This document shows, piece by piece, positions 9,199 to 17,372 of a stretch of 64,000 nt of DNA. The notes beneath the pieces are model-generated. The model was not told the origin of the DNA. It searched no databases and was given only the letters and a program-made list of their open reading frames with translations. The DNA is taken from positions 2,497 through 66,496 of the forward strand of contig JAZUKZ010000037.1 in the NCBI GenBank assembly GCA_045643545.1. Reading direction: 5' to 3'. Numbering within the stretch: the stretch's first letter is position 1; each line of letters starts with the position of its first letter. The position numbers and the translations under genes were made by a program. This DNA is from Candidatus Aphodosoma sp. (lineage in GTDB: Bacteria > Bacteroidota > Bacteroidia > Bacteroidales > Paludibacteraceae).

Positions 9199-9783
9199 AT
9201 GAAAAAGTTAGAATCGACATTCATGAATATGTTTCTGGTGCTGACCATCATATCGTTGGTGGCAGGAGCAGGACTTGCAGCGATGTACAATGTGACCAAA
9301 GAGCCAATTGAGAAAGCCAATCAGGCAAAACAGCAGGCTGCTATCGCAGCAGTGTTGCCAGAGGGTGCTCAGCCAGGCGAGATGGTCATTGTGAATGACA
9401 ATGCCGTTTATCCAGCAACAGATGCTGAAGGTAATTTCGCAGGCGCTGCAATTGAGATAAATGTGAACGGCTTCGGCGGTAATATCAAGATGATGGTTGG
9501 TATTGACGCTCAGGGCCAGATAGTTGACTATTCAATCCTTGAACTGGCTGAGACTCCAGGTTTGGGTTCGAAGATGGTTGACTGGTTCAGAACAAAATCG
9601 GATATCAGAGGCGCCAATGTGGCTGATGGCGAGATGAAGGTTAGCAAAGATGGCGGTAATTATGATGCCATCACTGCAGCGACTATCTCGTCGAGGGCTT
9701 TCTTGAAAGGCGTTAACGCTGCCATGGAGACTTATAAGGCTTATGGCAACGGATGTGAAACTAACGAAAAAGAGGAGGAGTAA
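9199..9783 (+). CDS. rnfG: Rnf complex subunit G (FMN-binding)
   Basis: N-terminal TM; FMN-attachment-type motif DAITAATISS; ATG at 9199 (track starts at GTG 9196). Confidence 0.85.
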   Translation: MKKLESTFMNMFLVLTIISLVAGAGLAAMYNVTKEPIEKANQAKQQAAIAAVLPEGAQPGEMVIVNDNAVYPATDAEGNFAGAAIEINVNGFGGNIKMMVGIDAQGQIVDYSILELAETPGLGSKMVDWFRTKSDIRGANVADGEMKVSKDGGNYDAITAATISSRAFLKGVNAAMETYKAYGNGCETNEKEEE

Positions 9784-9785
9784 TT

Positions 9786-10370
9786 ATGAATTATATAAAA
9801 CCATTTGTCAATGGACTGATTAAGGAGAATCCAACTTTTGTTTTGATGCTCGGTATGTGTCCTACTTTGGGAACTACAACTTCTGCATTGAACGGTATGG
9901 GTATGGGTCTCGCTACAATGGCGGTGCTGATTTGCACCAACACAATCATCTCGGCTATCAAGAATTTGGTGCCAGATGCAGTCAGAATTCCTTCGTATAT
10001 CGTTGTGATTGCTGCTTTTGTGACTATTCTTCAGATGTGCATGCAGGCTTATATGCCTGACTTGTATGCTACTCTGGGTCTGTTTATTCCTCTGATTGTT
10101 GTGAACTGCATCGTGCTCGGCCGTGCTGAGGCTTTTGCTGCAAAGAACAATCCTTTGGCATCTCTGATGGATGGTGCGGGAATCGGACTCGGTTTCACAT
10201 GCGCGCTGACAATAATCGGTGCTATCCGTGAGTTGCTCGGTACTGGCTGTATCTTTGGATTCAACCTTTATCCTGAGCGTTTCGGCATTTTGATTTTCGT
10301 GCTTGCTCCAGGAGCCTTCCTGACACTCGGATACCTGATTGCTATTATTAACAAATTAAAGGCTAAATAA
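9786..10370 (+). CDS. rnfE: Rnf complex subunit E
   Basis: RnfE/NqrD-like polytopic protein; LGMCPTLG and VNCIVLGRAEAFA motifs. Confidence 0.9.
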   Translation: MNYIKPFVNGLIKENPTFVLMLGMCPTLGTTTSALNGMGMGLATMAVLICTNTIISAIKNLVPDAVRIPSYIVVIAAFVTILQMCMQAYMPDLYATLGLFIPLIVVNCIVLGRAEAFAAKNNPLASLMDGAGIGLGFTCALTIIGAIRELLGTGCIFGFNLYPERFGILIFVLAPGAFLTLGYLIAIINKLKAK

Positions 10371-10372
10371 TT

Positions 10373-10945
10373 ATGAAGATATTTTTGCTTATTATTTCGG
10401 CTATTCTGGTCAACAATATTGTGTTGGCTCAGTTCCTTGGTATTTGTCCGTTCCTCGGAGTTTCCAAGAAGATTGATACAGCCATGGGTATGTCGGCAGC
10501 AGTTGTTTTCGTTATGCTGATCGCTACTGTATGTACTTGGCTTTTGTATAACTATGTGCTTGTGCCACTGGGCGTTGAGTATCTTCAGACTATTTCTTAC
10601 ATTTTGGTGATTGCCTTTTTGGTGCAGATGGTCGATATTATCCTGAAGAAGATGTCGCCATCTCTGTATCAGGCGCTTGGCGTGTTCTTGCCATTGATTA
10701 CCACTAACTGTACTATTCTCGGTGTGGCTATCATGGTTATCCAAAAGAACATGGGTTTGTTTGAGAGTTCGATTTTTGCCATTGCGACTTCGCTCGGTTT
10801 CGGTCTTGCACTTGTGCTTTTTGCCGGTATCCGCGAGCAGTTGGCATTGACCAAGATTCCTGAGGGAATGAAGGGAATGCCAATAGCACTTGTGACTGCA
10901 GGTCTTTTGGCTATGGCGTTTATGGGTTTTTCTGGTGTTTGCTGA
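10373..10945 (+). CDS. rnfA: Rnf complex subunit A
   Basis: RnfA/NqrE-like; NNIVLAQFLGICPFLG and TTNCTILG motifs. Confidence 0.9.
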   Translation: MKIFLLIISAILVNNIVLAQFLGICPFLGVSKKIDTAMGMSAAVVFVMLIATVCTWLLYNYVLVPLGVEYLQTISYILVIAFLVQMVDIILKKMSPSLYQALGVFLPLITTNCTILGVAIMVIQKNMGLFESSIFAIATSLGFGLALVLFAGIREQLALTKIPEGMKGMPIALVTAGLLAMAFMGFSGVC

Positions 10946-10946
10946 T

Positions 10947-12119
10947 ATGAACATGAGAGATTTTCTTAAAAGACATAAGAAGACTGTTGAGGCATTAATA
11001 TTTTTGCTGCTTTTCTTTGCGGTGTTCATTCCGCTTGGAGGCAAGATGGGATTGAAGAATATGCTTAACACGATTATGCAGACTTCATACCATCTATTGC
11101 TTGAAACATGCTTCTTCCTAATGGCGATTTGTGTGTTGTCTGGAGCGTTGGGTAAGTTGTTGGTAGAGTTCGGAGTGGTTGGGTTGCTTGAGAAAATTTT
11201 GCGCCCGCTGATGAAACCAATATTCAATTTGCCAGGTGTTGCTGCCTTGGGTGCAGTGCTGACGTTTCTGTCGGACAACCCTGCTATTATTGCTTTGGCG
11301 AAGGACAAGAGTTTCAGTCAGTATTTCAAAAAGTATCAGTTGGTTTCGCTGACGAATTTCGGTACTGCTTTTGGAATGGGACTGATTGTGATTGCTTTCA
11401 TGGCTGGACAAGGTTTCGGAAGTGGTGCTGTAGTAGGTCTTTTGGGTGCTGTGTGTGGGTGTGTTGTTTCTACAAGACTGATGCAGAGGTTTACTCTCAG
11501 AGCTTATCCGGAATATGATTCGCCAGTGATTGAAGAGTCTATTGCTGGGAATTTGATAGAGGGGGAGAAAAAAACTGAGAAAAAAGAATCAACTTTTATC
11601 AGGGCTTTGAATTCAATACTTGATGGTGGAAAGACCGGAGTTGATCTTGGTCTTGCAATTGTGCCTGGAGTATTGATTATTTCAACTGCAGTGATGATGT
11701 TGACGTTTGGTCCTAAGGGAGATGCTGGTCAATATCTTGGTGTTGCATACGAGGGCATTCCTTTGTTGCCATGGCTGGCTGACAAAATTGATTTCGTTTT
11801 TGACTGGTTGTTTGGTTTCAAGGCTCCACAACTTGTAGCGTTCCCAATAACTGCTCTCGGTGCAGTCGGGGCAGCGTTGGGTTTGGTGCCTGAGTTTGTC
11901 AACAGTGGCATTGTTGATAATAATGCCATTGCAGTTTGCACTGCTATTGGAATGTGTTGGTCGGGATTCCTCTCGACTCATACTGCGATGCTTGACTCGC
12001 TTGGTTACCGTCATTTGATTTCTAAGGCTATCGGTGCCCATACTATTGGTGGATTGGTGGCTGGAATCGTGGCTCATTTTATGTGGATGCTTGTCTCGTT
12101 TTTTATAGCGATGGTTTGA
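10947..12119 (+). CDS. polytopic inner-membrane protein (nucleoside-recognition/Gate-domain-like)
   Basis: About 10 hydrophobic segments. ATG at 10947 is 1 nt after the rnfA stop; track GTG 10935 would overlap rnfA. Family call is tentative. Confidence 0.5.
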   Translation: MNMRDFLKRHKKTVEALIFLLLFFAVFIPLGGKMGLKNMLNTIMQTSYHLLLETCFFLMAICVLSGALGKLLVEFGVVGLLEKILRPLMKPIFNLPGVAALGAVLTFLSDNPAIIALAKDKSFSQYFKKYQLVSLTNFGTAFGMGLIVIAFMAGQGFGSGAVVGLLGAVCGCVVSTRLMQRFTLRAYPEYDSPVIEESIAGNLIEGEKKTEKKESTFIRALNSILDGGKTGVDLGLAIVPGVLIISTAVMMLTFGPKGDAGQYLGVAYEGIPLLPWLADKIDFVFDWLFGFKAPQLVAFPITALGAVGAALGLVPEFVNSGIVDNNAIAVCTAIGMCWSGFLSTHTAMLDSLGYRHLISKAIGAHTIGGLVAGIVAHFMWMLVSFFIAMV

Positions 12120-12141
12120 TTTTTTGAATATTTAGATAAAT

Positions 12142-12176
12142 GGCACGGGGTAATTTTTTAGTCCGTGCCTTTTTTT
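12142..12176 (+). terminator. rho-independent terminator closing the rnf-containing operon
   Basis: GGCACGG (12142-12148) / CCGTGCC (12163-12169), then TTTTTTT. Confidence 0.7.
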
Positions 12177-12189
12177 GACTTATTTAAGA

Positions 12190-12256
12190 GGCTCGTTAAT
12201 GTTACGGCAATGTTACGGTAATGTTACGGAGCGGGGTTGTCTGGGGGGTATTTTTG
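12190..12256 (+). repeat. F1 intergenic element copy 1 (three 11-nt AATGTTACGG iterons plus G-rich tail)
   Basis: GGCTCGTTAATGTTACGGCAATGTTACGGTAATGTTACGGAGCGGGGTTG; 12190-12239 matches 28559-28608 at 48 of 50 nt. Confidence 0.9.
12249..12256 (+). promoter_or_regulatory. -7 box TAttTTTG at the 3' end of F1 copy 1
   Basis: Perfect TAnnTTTG 17 nt before the ATG at 12274. The last iteron occupies the expected -33 position. Confidence 0.45.
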
Positions 12257-12273
12257 AGGAATAGGAAAGATTT

Positions 12274-13191
12274 ATGAGAAAGTTTTTTTTGATTGGAGTG
12301 GCGACATTGGTTGCCGGTGTGTATGGGTGCAAGGCTCAGGATGACGATTGCGTTGATCGAGAGATAGTTATGGCGTCTGAGGATTTTGTGACTGGGGTGA
12401 AAGTGCCTGAAAAGGTGGAGTTTGCCGGTAAGGTGTATGATTTTAGCGATACGTCTGATTATGAGGCTGTTGACAAGCGGGAAAGACTTGAGAAGGAGAT
12501 GCTCAGTTTCAAGTACAGCCATCAGACCAGTGTTTTGATTTATAAGAAGGCTCCGAGATATGAAGAGACTGTGAAAGAGGTTCTTAGGGAGCAGGGCGTG
12601 CCTGAGGATATGTTCTATATGATGGTGATAGAGAGTAACTTAAATGTTATTGCGAGGTCTGGAGTGGGTGCTGCTGGTTTCTGGCAGTTTATGGAGGCGA
12701 CTGCGAGAGAGTTTGGGCTTGAGGTTTCGGCGACTGTTGATGAGAGGTATGATTTGAAGAAATCGACTAAGGCGGCCTGCAAGTATATGAAGAGTTCGTA
12801 TCAGAAGTTCGGGGACTGGATGGCTGTTGCGGCTTCGTATAATGCCGGGATGGGAAGAATCAGTCAATCATTTGAGCGTCAAGGAGGTACGGAGGTTCTG
12901 GATTTGTGGCTGAATAATGAGACGACTCGGTATATGTACAGGCTTATGGCTGTGAAACTTTTTCTGGAGCAGCCTGATTTGTTTGGCTATCTTATTGATG
13001 ATGAGGGCCGTTACAAGCCTGTTGAGACTATTGAGATGGAGGTAAGGAGCAGTATTGCGGATTTGCCGAAGTGGGCCAGGGAGCATGGTTGTTCGTATAA
13101 GGTGCTGAAGATGCTTAACCCTTGGCTGAGGGAGAGCAGGCTGGATAATAAGTCTGGAAAATTGTATTTGATTACTTTGCCAAGAAAATAA
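12274..13191 (+). CDS. lytic transglycosylase (SLT domain) protein
   Basis: SLT signature MVIESNLNVIARSGVGAAGFWQFM; signal peptide or lipobox-like VYGC. Confidence 0.8.
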   Translation: MRKFFLIGVATLVAGVYGCKAQDDDCVDREIVMASEDFVTGVKVPEKVEFAGKVYDFSDTSDYEAVDKRERLEKEMLSFKYSHQTSVLIYKKAPRYEETVKEVLREQGVPEDMFYMMVIESNLNVIARSGVGAAGFWQFMEATAREFGLEVSATVDERYDLKKSTKAACKYMKSSYQKFGDWMAVAASYNAGMGRISQSFERQGGTEVLDLWLNNETTRYMYRLMAVKLFLEQPDLFGYLIDDEGRYKPVETIEMEVRSSIADLPKWAREHGCSYKVLKMLNPWLRESRLDNKSGKLYLITLPRK

Positions 13192-13199
13192 ATAATGCC

Positions 13200-13598
13200 A
13201 TGATAATCTTAGCTTTAGGAACTAATTTGGGGGATCGTGAGAAGAATTTGGAGAAGGCGATTGAGTTGATCTCGAGATTTGCGAAAGTGGTTAAACGTTC
13301 GTCGGTAATTGATACTGGGCCTGTTGGCTTTCATTCGGATAATCGTTTTTTGAATATGGCTATTGCGATAGAGACTGATTTGGAGCCAATTGCTTTGCTT
13401 GATGCGACTCAGGAGGTGGAGCGCTTGATGGGTCGTACAAAAAAGTCGGTCGATGGCGTTTACCATGACCGACCTATTGATATTGATATTATTGATTATA
13501 ATGGTTTGCACATTGATACTCCGAGACTTACGTTGCCTCATCCGAGGGCGGAAGAGAGGGATTTTGTGCGAATTCCGGTTAATGAGCTTATTTCTTGA
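13200..13598 (+). CDS. folK: 2-amino-4-hydroxy-6-hydroxymethyldihydropteridine diphosphokinase
   Basis: LALGTNLGDRE, RPIDIDII and LTLPHPR motifs typical of HPPK; 132 aa. Confidence 0.85.
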   Translation: MIILALGTNLGDREKNLEKAIELISRFAKVVKRSSVIDTGPVGFHSDNRFLNMAIAIETDLEPIALLDATQEVERLMGRTKKSVDGVYHDRPIDIDIIDYNGLHIDTPRLTLPHPRAEERDFVRIPVNELIS

Positions 13599-14694
13599 TA
13601 AGCGGATAGATTATGTTGTCGTATTCCGAGCGCTTGATGATGCGGTAGTGAGGTTTGTAAGCGTCGCGGAATTGTGGTGAATGGCTCATTGTATATTCGC
13701 CGCGATAGAAGCGTTTTTCTATCTCATCCAGTTCGGCCTGGAAATTTTCGATTTTGATTTCTGATGCCATGAGGCATTTTACGATAAAGTGCCATTCCTC
13801 TTCCCAAAGTTTTATGTCATGCTGTTCGTTGTCGACGCTTTTCATCAAAGAATTCAGATAGACTGACTGTTTGATTTTCTTCTTGTTGATGTAGTTGATG
13901 TCAACGCGGATGTATCTGCCGAGTGCACCGGTAGGCTCAGCACCTACGCTGTACTGGTTGAGACCTTTGCGTTCTGACTTCAGGTATTTTTTTGCGGTGG
14001 CTTTGCTTGGAATGATGTGGCCAGGGCCGAAATTGTCCTGATAGAAACTCTTGTAGATGTCGAAGACAGTGAGTTTTGGATATTTTGTCTGCATGTTGGC
14101 AACGGCTTTTTTGACAGCGAGGTCGGTGATGAAGTCGGAACCATTCCAGAAACTATGGATCAGACCGCGATTTTCCAACCAAGCGATGATGTCTTTGGTA
14201 GGAGTGCCTTTTGGATCTTGTGTCAGGCATAGTCCCTTTTCCCTTCTGTCTGTTTTGATGACATCGTAGAGATGATTCATGATTTCCTGGTCGTAGAACT
14301 TGCCTGAAGTGACGAACGGCATGACCTTGACATCGCGCAAATCGTTGAGCCGTGCGAATTCCATGACTTCTGGCACCCAGTCGCCGAACCAGACGGGCGA
14401 GCCGATGAAGACGAAGTCATAGTTTTTCAAGTCGATGTCTGATTTCTTGATTTCTATTTTGCGGATTCCTTTCATCTCCTCTTTTGCGCGGCAGATCAGA
14501 CTGTCCATGTTGTCGGGGTAAGGGGTTGCAGGTTCGATTCTGTACAAATCCGCTCCAGTATAAAGAGCAATTTTCTCGGCAACAGCTTTAGTGTTGCCAG
14601 ACAGAGAGAAGTAAGTCACAAGTATTCTTGGTTCACGAGCCATAATGCTTAGAGCCAGGAACATAAGGACTGACAGACAGAAAAGTTTTTTCAT
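13588..14694 (-). CDS. secreted flavodoxin-like protein fused to an uncharacterised C-terminal domain
   Basis: Signal peptide MKKLFCLSVLMFLALSIMA; flavodoxin-like YFSLSGNTKAVAEKIA...FIGSPVWF. About 190 aa of unknown C-terminal sequence. Its ATG overlaps the aguB stop (ATGA). Confidence 0.6.
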   Translation of the reverse strand: MKKLFCLSVLMFLALSIMAREPRILVTYFSLSGNTKAVAEKIALYTGADLYRIEPATPYPDNMDSLICRAKEEMKGIRKIEIKKSDIDLKNYDFVFIGSPVWFGDWVPEVMEFARLNDLRDVKVMPFVTSGKFYDQEIMNHLYDVIKTDRREKGLCLTQDPKGTPTKDIIAWLENRGLIHSFWNGSDFITDLAVKKAVANMQTKYPKLTVFDIYKSFYQDNFGPGHIIPSKATAKKYLKSERKGLNQYSVGAEPTGALGRYIRVDINYINKKKIKQSVYLNSLMKSVDNEQHDIKLWEEEWHFIVKCLMASEIKIENFQAELDEIEKRFYRGEYTMSHSPQFRDAYKPHYRIIKRSEYDNIIYPLIKK

Positions 14695-15566
14695 AATATA
14701 TATCTTTTTAAAATGTCCTTGTAATCATCAATGCGGCGGTCGCGGAGGAAAGGCCACCATCTGCGGACTTGCTCAGAGTGGTTGAGGTCTATGTCAACGA
14801 CCATTGTGGCAGTCTCATTGACAGGTGCTTGGGCAATCAACTCTCCTTGAGGACCAGCGATGAAACTGCTTCCCCAGAATTCGATGCCCTTAGTCATGCC
14901 AGAAGGATCGTCCTCATGGCCGACGCGATTGACAGCCACAACGGGGAGGCCATTGGCTACGGCATGGCCGCGCTGAACCATAGTCCATGCTCCGCGCTGG
15001 CGTTCTTGTTCTTCTTTTGAATCGCTTGACTCATAGCCGATGGCGGTTGGGTAAATGAGAATCTCAGCACCGGAAAGTGCCATCAGGCGAGCAGCCTCTG
15101 GGTACCATTGATCCCAGCAGACCATTACGCCAAGAGTGCCGATTGAGGTTTTTATAGGCTGGAACCCCAGGTCGCCAGGCGTAAAGTAGAATTTCTCGTA
15201 GTAGGCAGGATCGTCAGGAATATGCATCTTGCGGTATTTTCCTGCGATAGAGCCATCACGCTCGAGGACTACGGCTGTGTTATGGTAAAGACCAGCAGCG
15301 CGTTTCTCGAAAAGCGAGATGACAAGCACTATTCCGCACTCCTTGGCCACTTGTCCGAAGAATTCTGTGGAAGGACCCGGGATTGTTTCGGCAAAGTCGA
15401 AATTGCGGACGTCTTCAGTTTGACAGAAATAAGGAGTGTTGTGCAGTTCCTGAAGCACAACCAGTCGTGCGCCATCAGCGGCAGCCTTGCGGATTTCGCC
15501 AGCCAGAAGTTTTTTGTTAGCCTCGACATCAGAGCCGATGCGCTGTTGAATGATTCCAATTTTCAT
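14691..15566 (-). CDS. aguB: carbon-nitrogen hydrolase, N-carbamoylputrescine amidase type
   Basis: Nitrilase-superfamily pattern (VLQELH, MVCWDQWYPE catalytic Cys region), 291 aa, N-terminus like AguB. Confidence 0.75.
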   Translation of the reverse strand: MKIGIIQQRIGSDVEANKKLLAGEIRKAAADGARLVVLQELHNTPYFCQTEDVRNFDFAETIPGPSTEFFGQVAKECGIVLVISLFEKRAAGLYHNTAVVLERDGSIAGKYRKMHIPDDPAYYEKFYFTPGDLGFQPIKTSIGTLGVMVCWDQWYPEAARLMALSGAEILIYPTAIGYESSDSKEEQERQRGAWTMVQRGHAVANGLPVVAVNRVGHEDDPSGMTKGIEFWGSSFIAGPQGELIAQAPVNETATMVVDIDLNHSEQVRRWWPFLRDRRIDDYKDILKRYIL

Positions 15567-15568
15567 GA

Positions 15569-16672
15569 TTATTCAGCTTTGCGTTCGAAAGCGGTAAGTT
15601 TGAAAGTGACGCCGATTACGAACTTATGGTTTGTGAAATCGTTGTTCAGCACGTCATTCTGCATCCAGTAGGCATGGAGACGGAGGAAATCAGTCTTGTT
15701 AACAGGGAAAGCCTCGAAGCCGATGCCGTAGAAAAGGTTCTGCTTGCCGTATTCCACCAGATTATGGCATTCGGAAGAGAGATTCTCCTCGTAGCCCGCT
15801 TTGACATAGATATGTGCCCAATCGAGAATGTTGCCATCAATCATACCCAAGAGTGTGAAGTCGCGGAAAGGATGTCCAGTTCCACAATAGCGCCACATGT
15901 AGTCAAGTTCAATTTTCATTGGTCCAGCGAGGAACTTGTTGCCCAAAGTGGCAGTCTTCATGAATTTGCCGCGCTGATACTCAAGCATATTGAAAGAGTA
16001 TGCAGAGCGAAAAGGTCCGTAGTTGCCGTACCAAAGGAGAGAATAGGCGTATTTGTTGCTGAGGATTTTGTCGTTGAAAGGCGAGTTGGAGATTTCTGCA
16101 AGTATTGAACTCTTTCCGTCGCGCGTGGTGTACATACCCCTGACTCCTAATTGGAAACAAGCGATAGTGTTCCAGTAGTCGGTTGCAAAATAGATATCGA
16201 TAGGGGCAGCATCATACTCCCAGCCACCGAAAGCCATAGCGCTTTTACCGGCAGAGATTTTCCAGTGGTCATTGAATTTATAATCGAAGCAAGCCTTATC
16301 AATAGCTGCATTGAGGTCAGCGCAGCGGTTGAGCATCATGGTGAAATGATAAGAAAGCTTGTCGGTGATGTTCCCGTTCAAAAGAAAATTGAAGTACTTG
16401 CCGACGAAGTTAGAGTTGTAATACTCATCAGTGCCGGCAGGCACGGCTGAATTGAAAGTGTTTTCCCAGTCAGCTCTGGTTTCGAATTTGATGGAGATAG
16501 GCTGTTTCTTCTTTTCAGTCTTAACCTCCTCTGGGGCAGCCACATACTCCCTGACTGTCTCGCGGATATAAACCGTATCCCTCACAGTGTCCCTTCTGAT
16601 GACCACTTCCTGGGCATTGAGCAGGCAAACCATCATCAGCACAAAAGATAAAATAGAAATTCTCTTAGTCAT
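15569..16672 (-). CDS. putative outer-membrane porin
   Basis: Signal peptide, alternating beta-strand pattern, aromatic-rich; 2-nt gap to aguB. Confidence 0.55.
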   Translation of the reverse strand: MTKRISILSFVLMMVCLLNAQEVVIRRDTVRDTVYIRETVREYVAAPEEVKTEKKKQPISIKFETRADWENTFNSAVPAGTDEYYNSNFVGKYFNFLLNGNITDKLSYHFTMMLNRCADLNAAIDKACFDYKFNDHWKISAGKSAMAFGGWEYDAAPIDIYFATDYWNTIACFQLGVRGMYTTRDGKSSILAEISNSPFNDKILSNKYAYSLLWYGNYGPFRSAYSFNMLEYQRGKFMKTATLGNKFLAGPMKIELDYMWRYCGTGHPFRDFTLLGMIDGNILDWAHIYVKAGYEENLSSECHNLVEYGKQNLFYGIGFEAFPVNKTDFLRLHAYWMQNDVLNNDFTNHKFVIGVTFKLTAFERKAE

Positions 16673-16701
16673 ATAGAGGTAAAAATCGTTTCATTAAATT
16701 G

Positions 16702-16736
16702 AAAAAGAGTGCCAACACCCATGGTGCTGACACTCT
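16702..16736 (-). terminator. imperfect hairpin terminator after the small OMP gene
   Basis: On the minus strand, AGAGTGTCAGCACC / GGTGTTGGCACTCT stem (2 mismatches), then TTTTTC. Confidence 0.45.
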
Positions 16737-16756
16737 ATGTGTGTAAAGTCTAAAAA

Positions 16757-17293
16757 TTAGAACTTGTAGCGAACGCCAAGAGCTACAGCACCAACCCAGT
16801 GACCCCAGTGGTCGCCAGCACCCATGAAATAAGTTTCAGTGTGGCTGTGACCGCCTTCACCATCGTGCCATGTTTCAAAACCTGGGCCTATGATTGGACG
16901 GAAATCCAAAGAGAGCTGAAGTGGGAACCAGAAATCATACTCAATACCTACACGGCCAGCAACGCCGACATAAGAGTTGAAATGATGATCAGTCCAAGTG
17001 TTCCAGCCCCAAAGACCAGCACCAGCACCTACGCCGAGGTACCAATGCCACTCACCGCGTTTGCTCCAAGGAACTGCTGCGCCGAATGGATCAATCCAGT
17101 CATAAGTTACTGATGCCTCAAGACCGTTGAAGTTAGGAACACCGGCCTCAATAGACAACATGTTGTTTCCCAAACCATGCTCGTAAGAGAACTGGCCACC
17201 CCAACCGAGGCGAACACCAATTGCTCTTGGCTGAGCTGCTGCGAATGCAATACCTGTCACTGCAAGAATTGCTACCAAAACTAATTTTTTCAT
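16757..17293 (-). CDS. small outer-membrane beta-barrel protein
   Basis: Signal peptide, Gly/Trp/aromatic-rich alternating pattern, C-terminal YKF typical of OMP barrels. Confidence 0.6.
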   Translation of the reverse strand: MKKLVLVAILAVTGIAFAAAQPRAIGVRLGWGGQFSYEHGLGNNMLSIEAGVPNFNGLEASVTYDWIDPFGAAVPWSKRGEWHWYLGVGAGAGLWGWNTWTDHHFNSYVGVAGRVGIEYDFWFPLQLSLDFRPIIGPGFETWHDGEGGHSHTETYFMGAGDHWGHWVGAVALGVRYKF

Positions 17294-17338
17294 TTTTAAT
17301 ATTTTAAATGATTCAACAAAATTTCAGAATTTGTTTTG

Positions 17339-17346
17339 CAAAGGTA
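17339..17346 (-). promoter_or_regulatory. -7 box TAccTTTG (minus strand) for the small OMP operon
   Basis: Plus-strand CAAAGGTA. Overlaps a GTACACAT/ATGTGTAC hairpin that could terminate corA. Confidence 0.45.
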
Positions 17347-17372
17347 CACATTATTTATTATGTGTACAAATT

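Noticed and set aside
10268-11308. 346-aa ORF antisense to rnfA and the next membrane-protein gene. Similar long antisense ORFs occur at 4168..5049, 29283..30170, 36770..37750, 42707..43417, 48376..49296 and 56278..57309
   Set aside because: All of them overlap well-supported sense genes, are rich in Ser/Asn/His/Leu/Arg and lack motifs. I treat them as non-coding.
12198-12230. Tandem 11-nt units considered as a CRISPR array or microsatellite
   Set aside because: The units are contiguous with no spacers, there are only 2-3 of them, and the same array recurs at three loci. This fits iterons or operator repeats, not CRISPR.
12221-12277. Short ORFs starting at the ATG inside each F1 iteron (MLRSGVVWGVFLRNRKDL ends in an ATGA overlap with the transglycosylase start; MLRQCYG... 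in the other copies)
   Set aside because: The 11-nt spacing puts the ATGs in different frames, and the peptides diverge right after the repeat. If the -7 box at 12249 is used, transcription starts downstream of these ATGs. This is not excluded, but I see no coding evidence.
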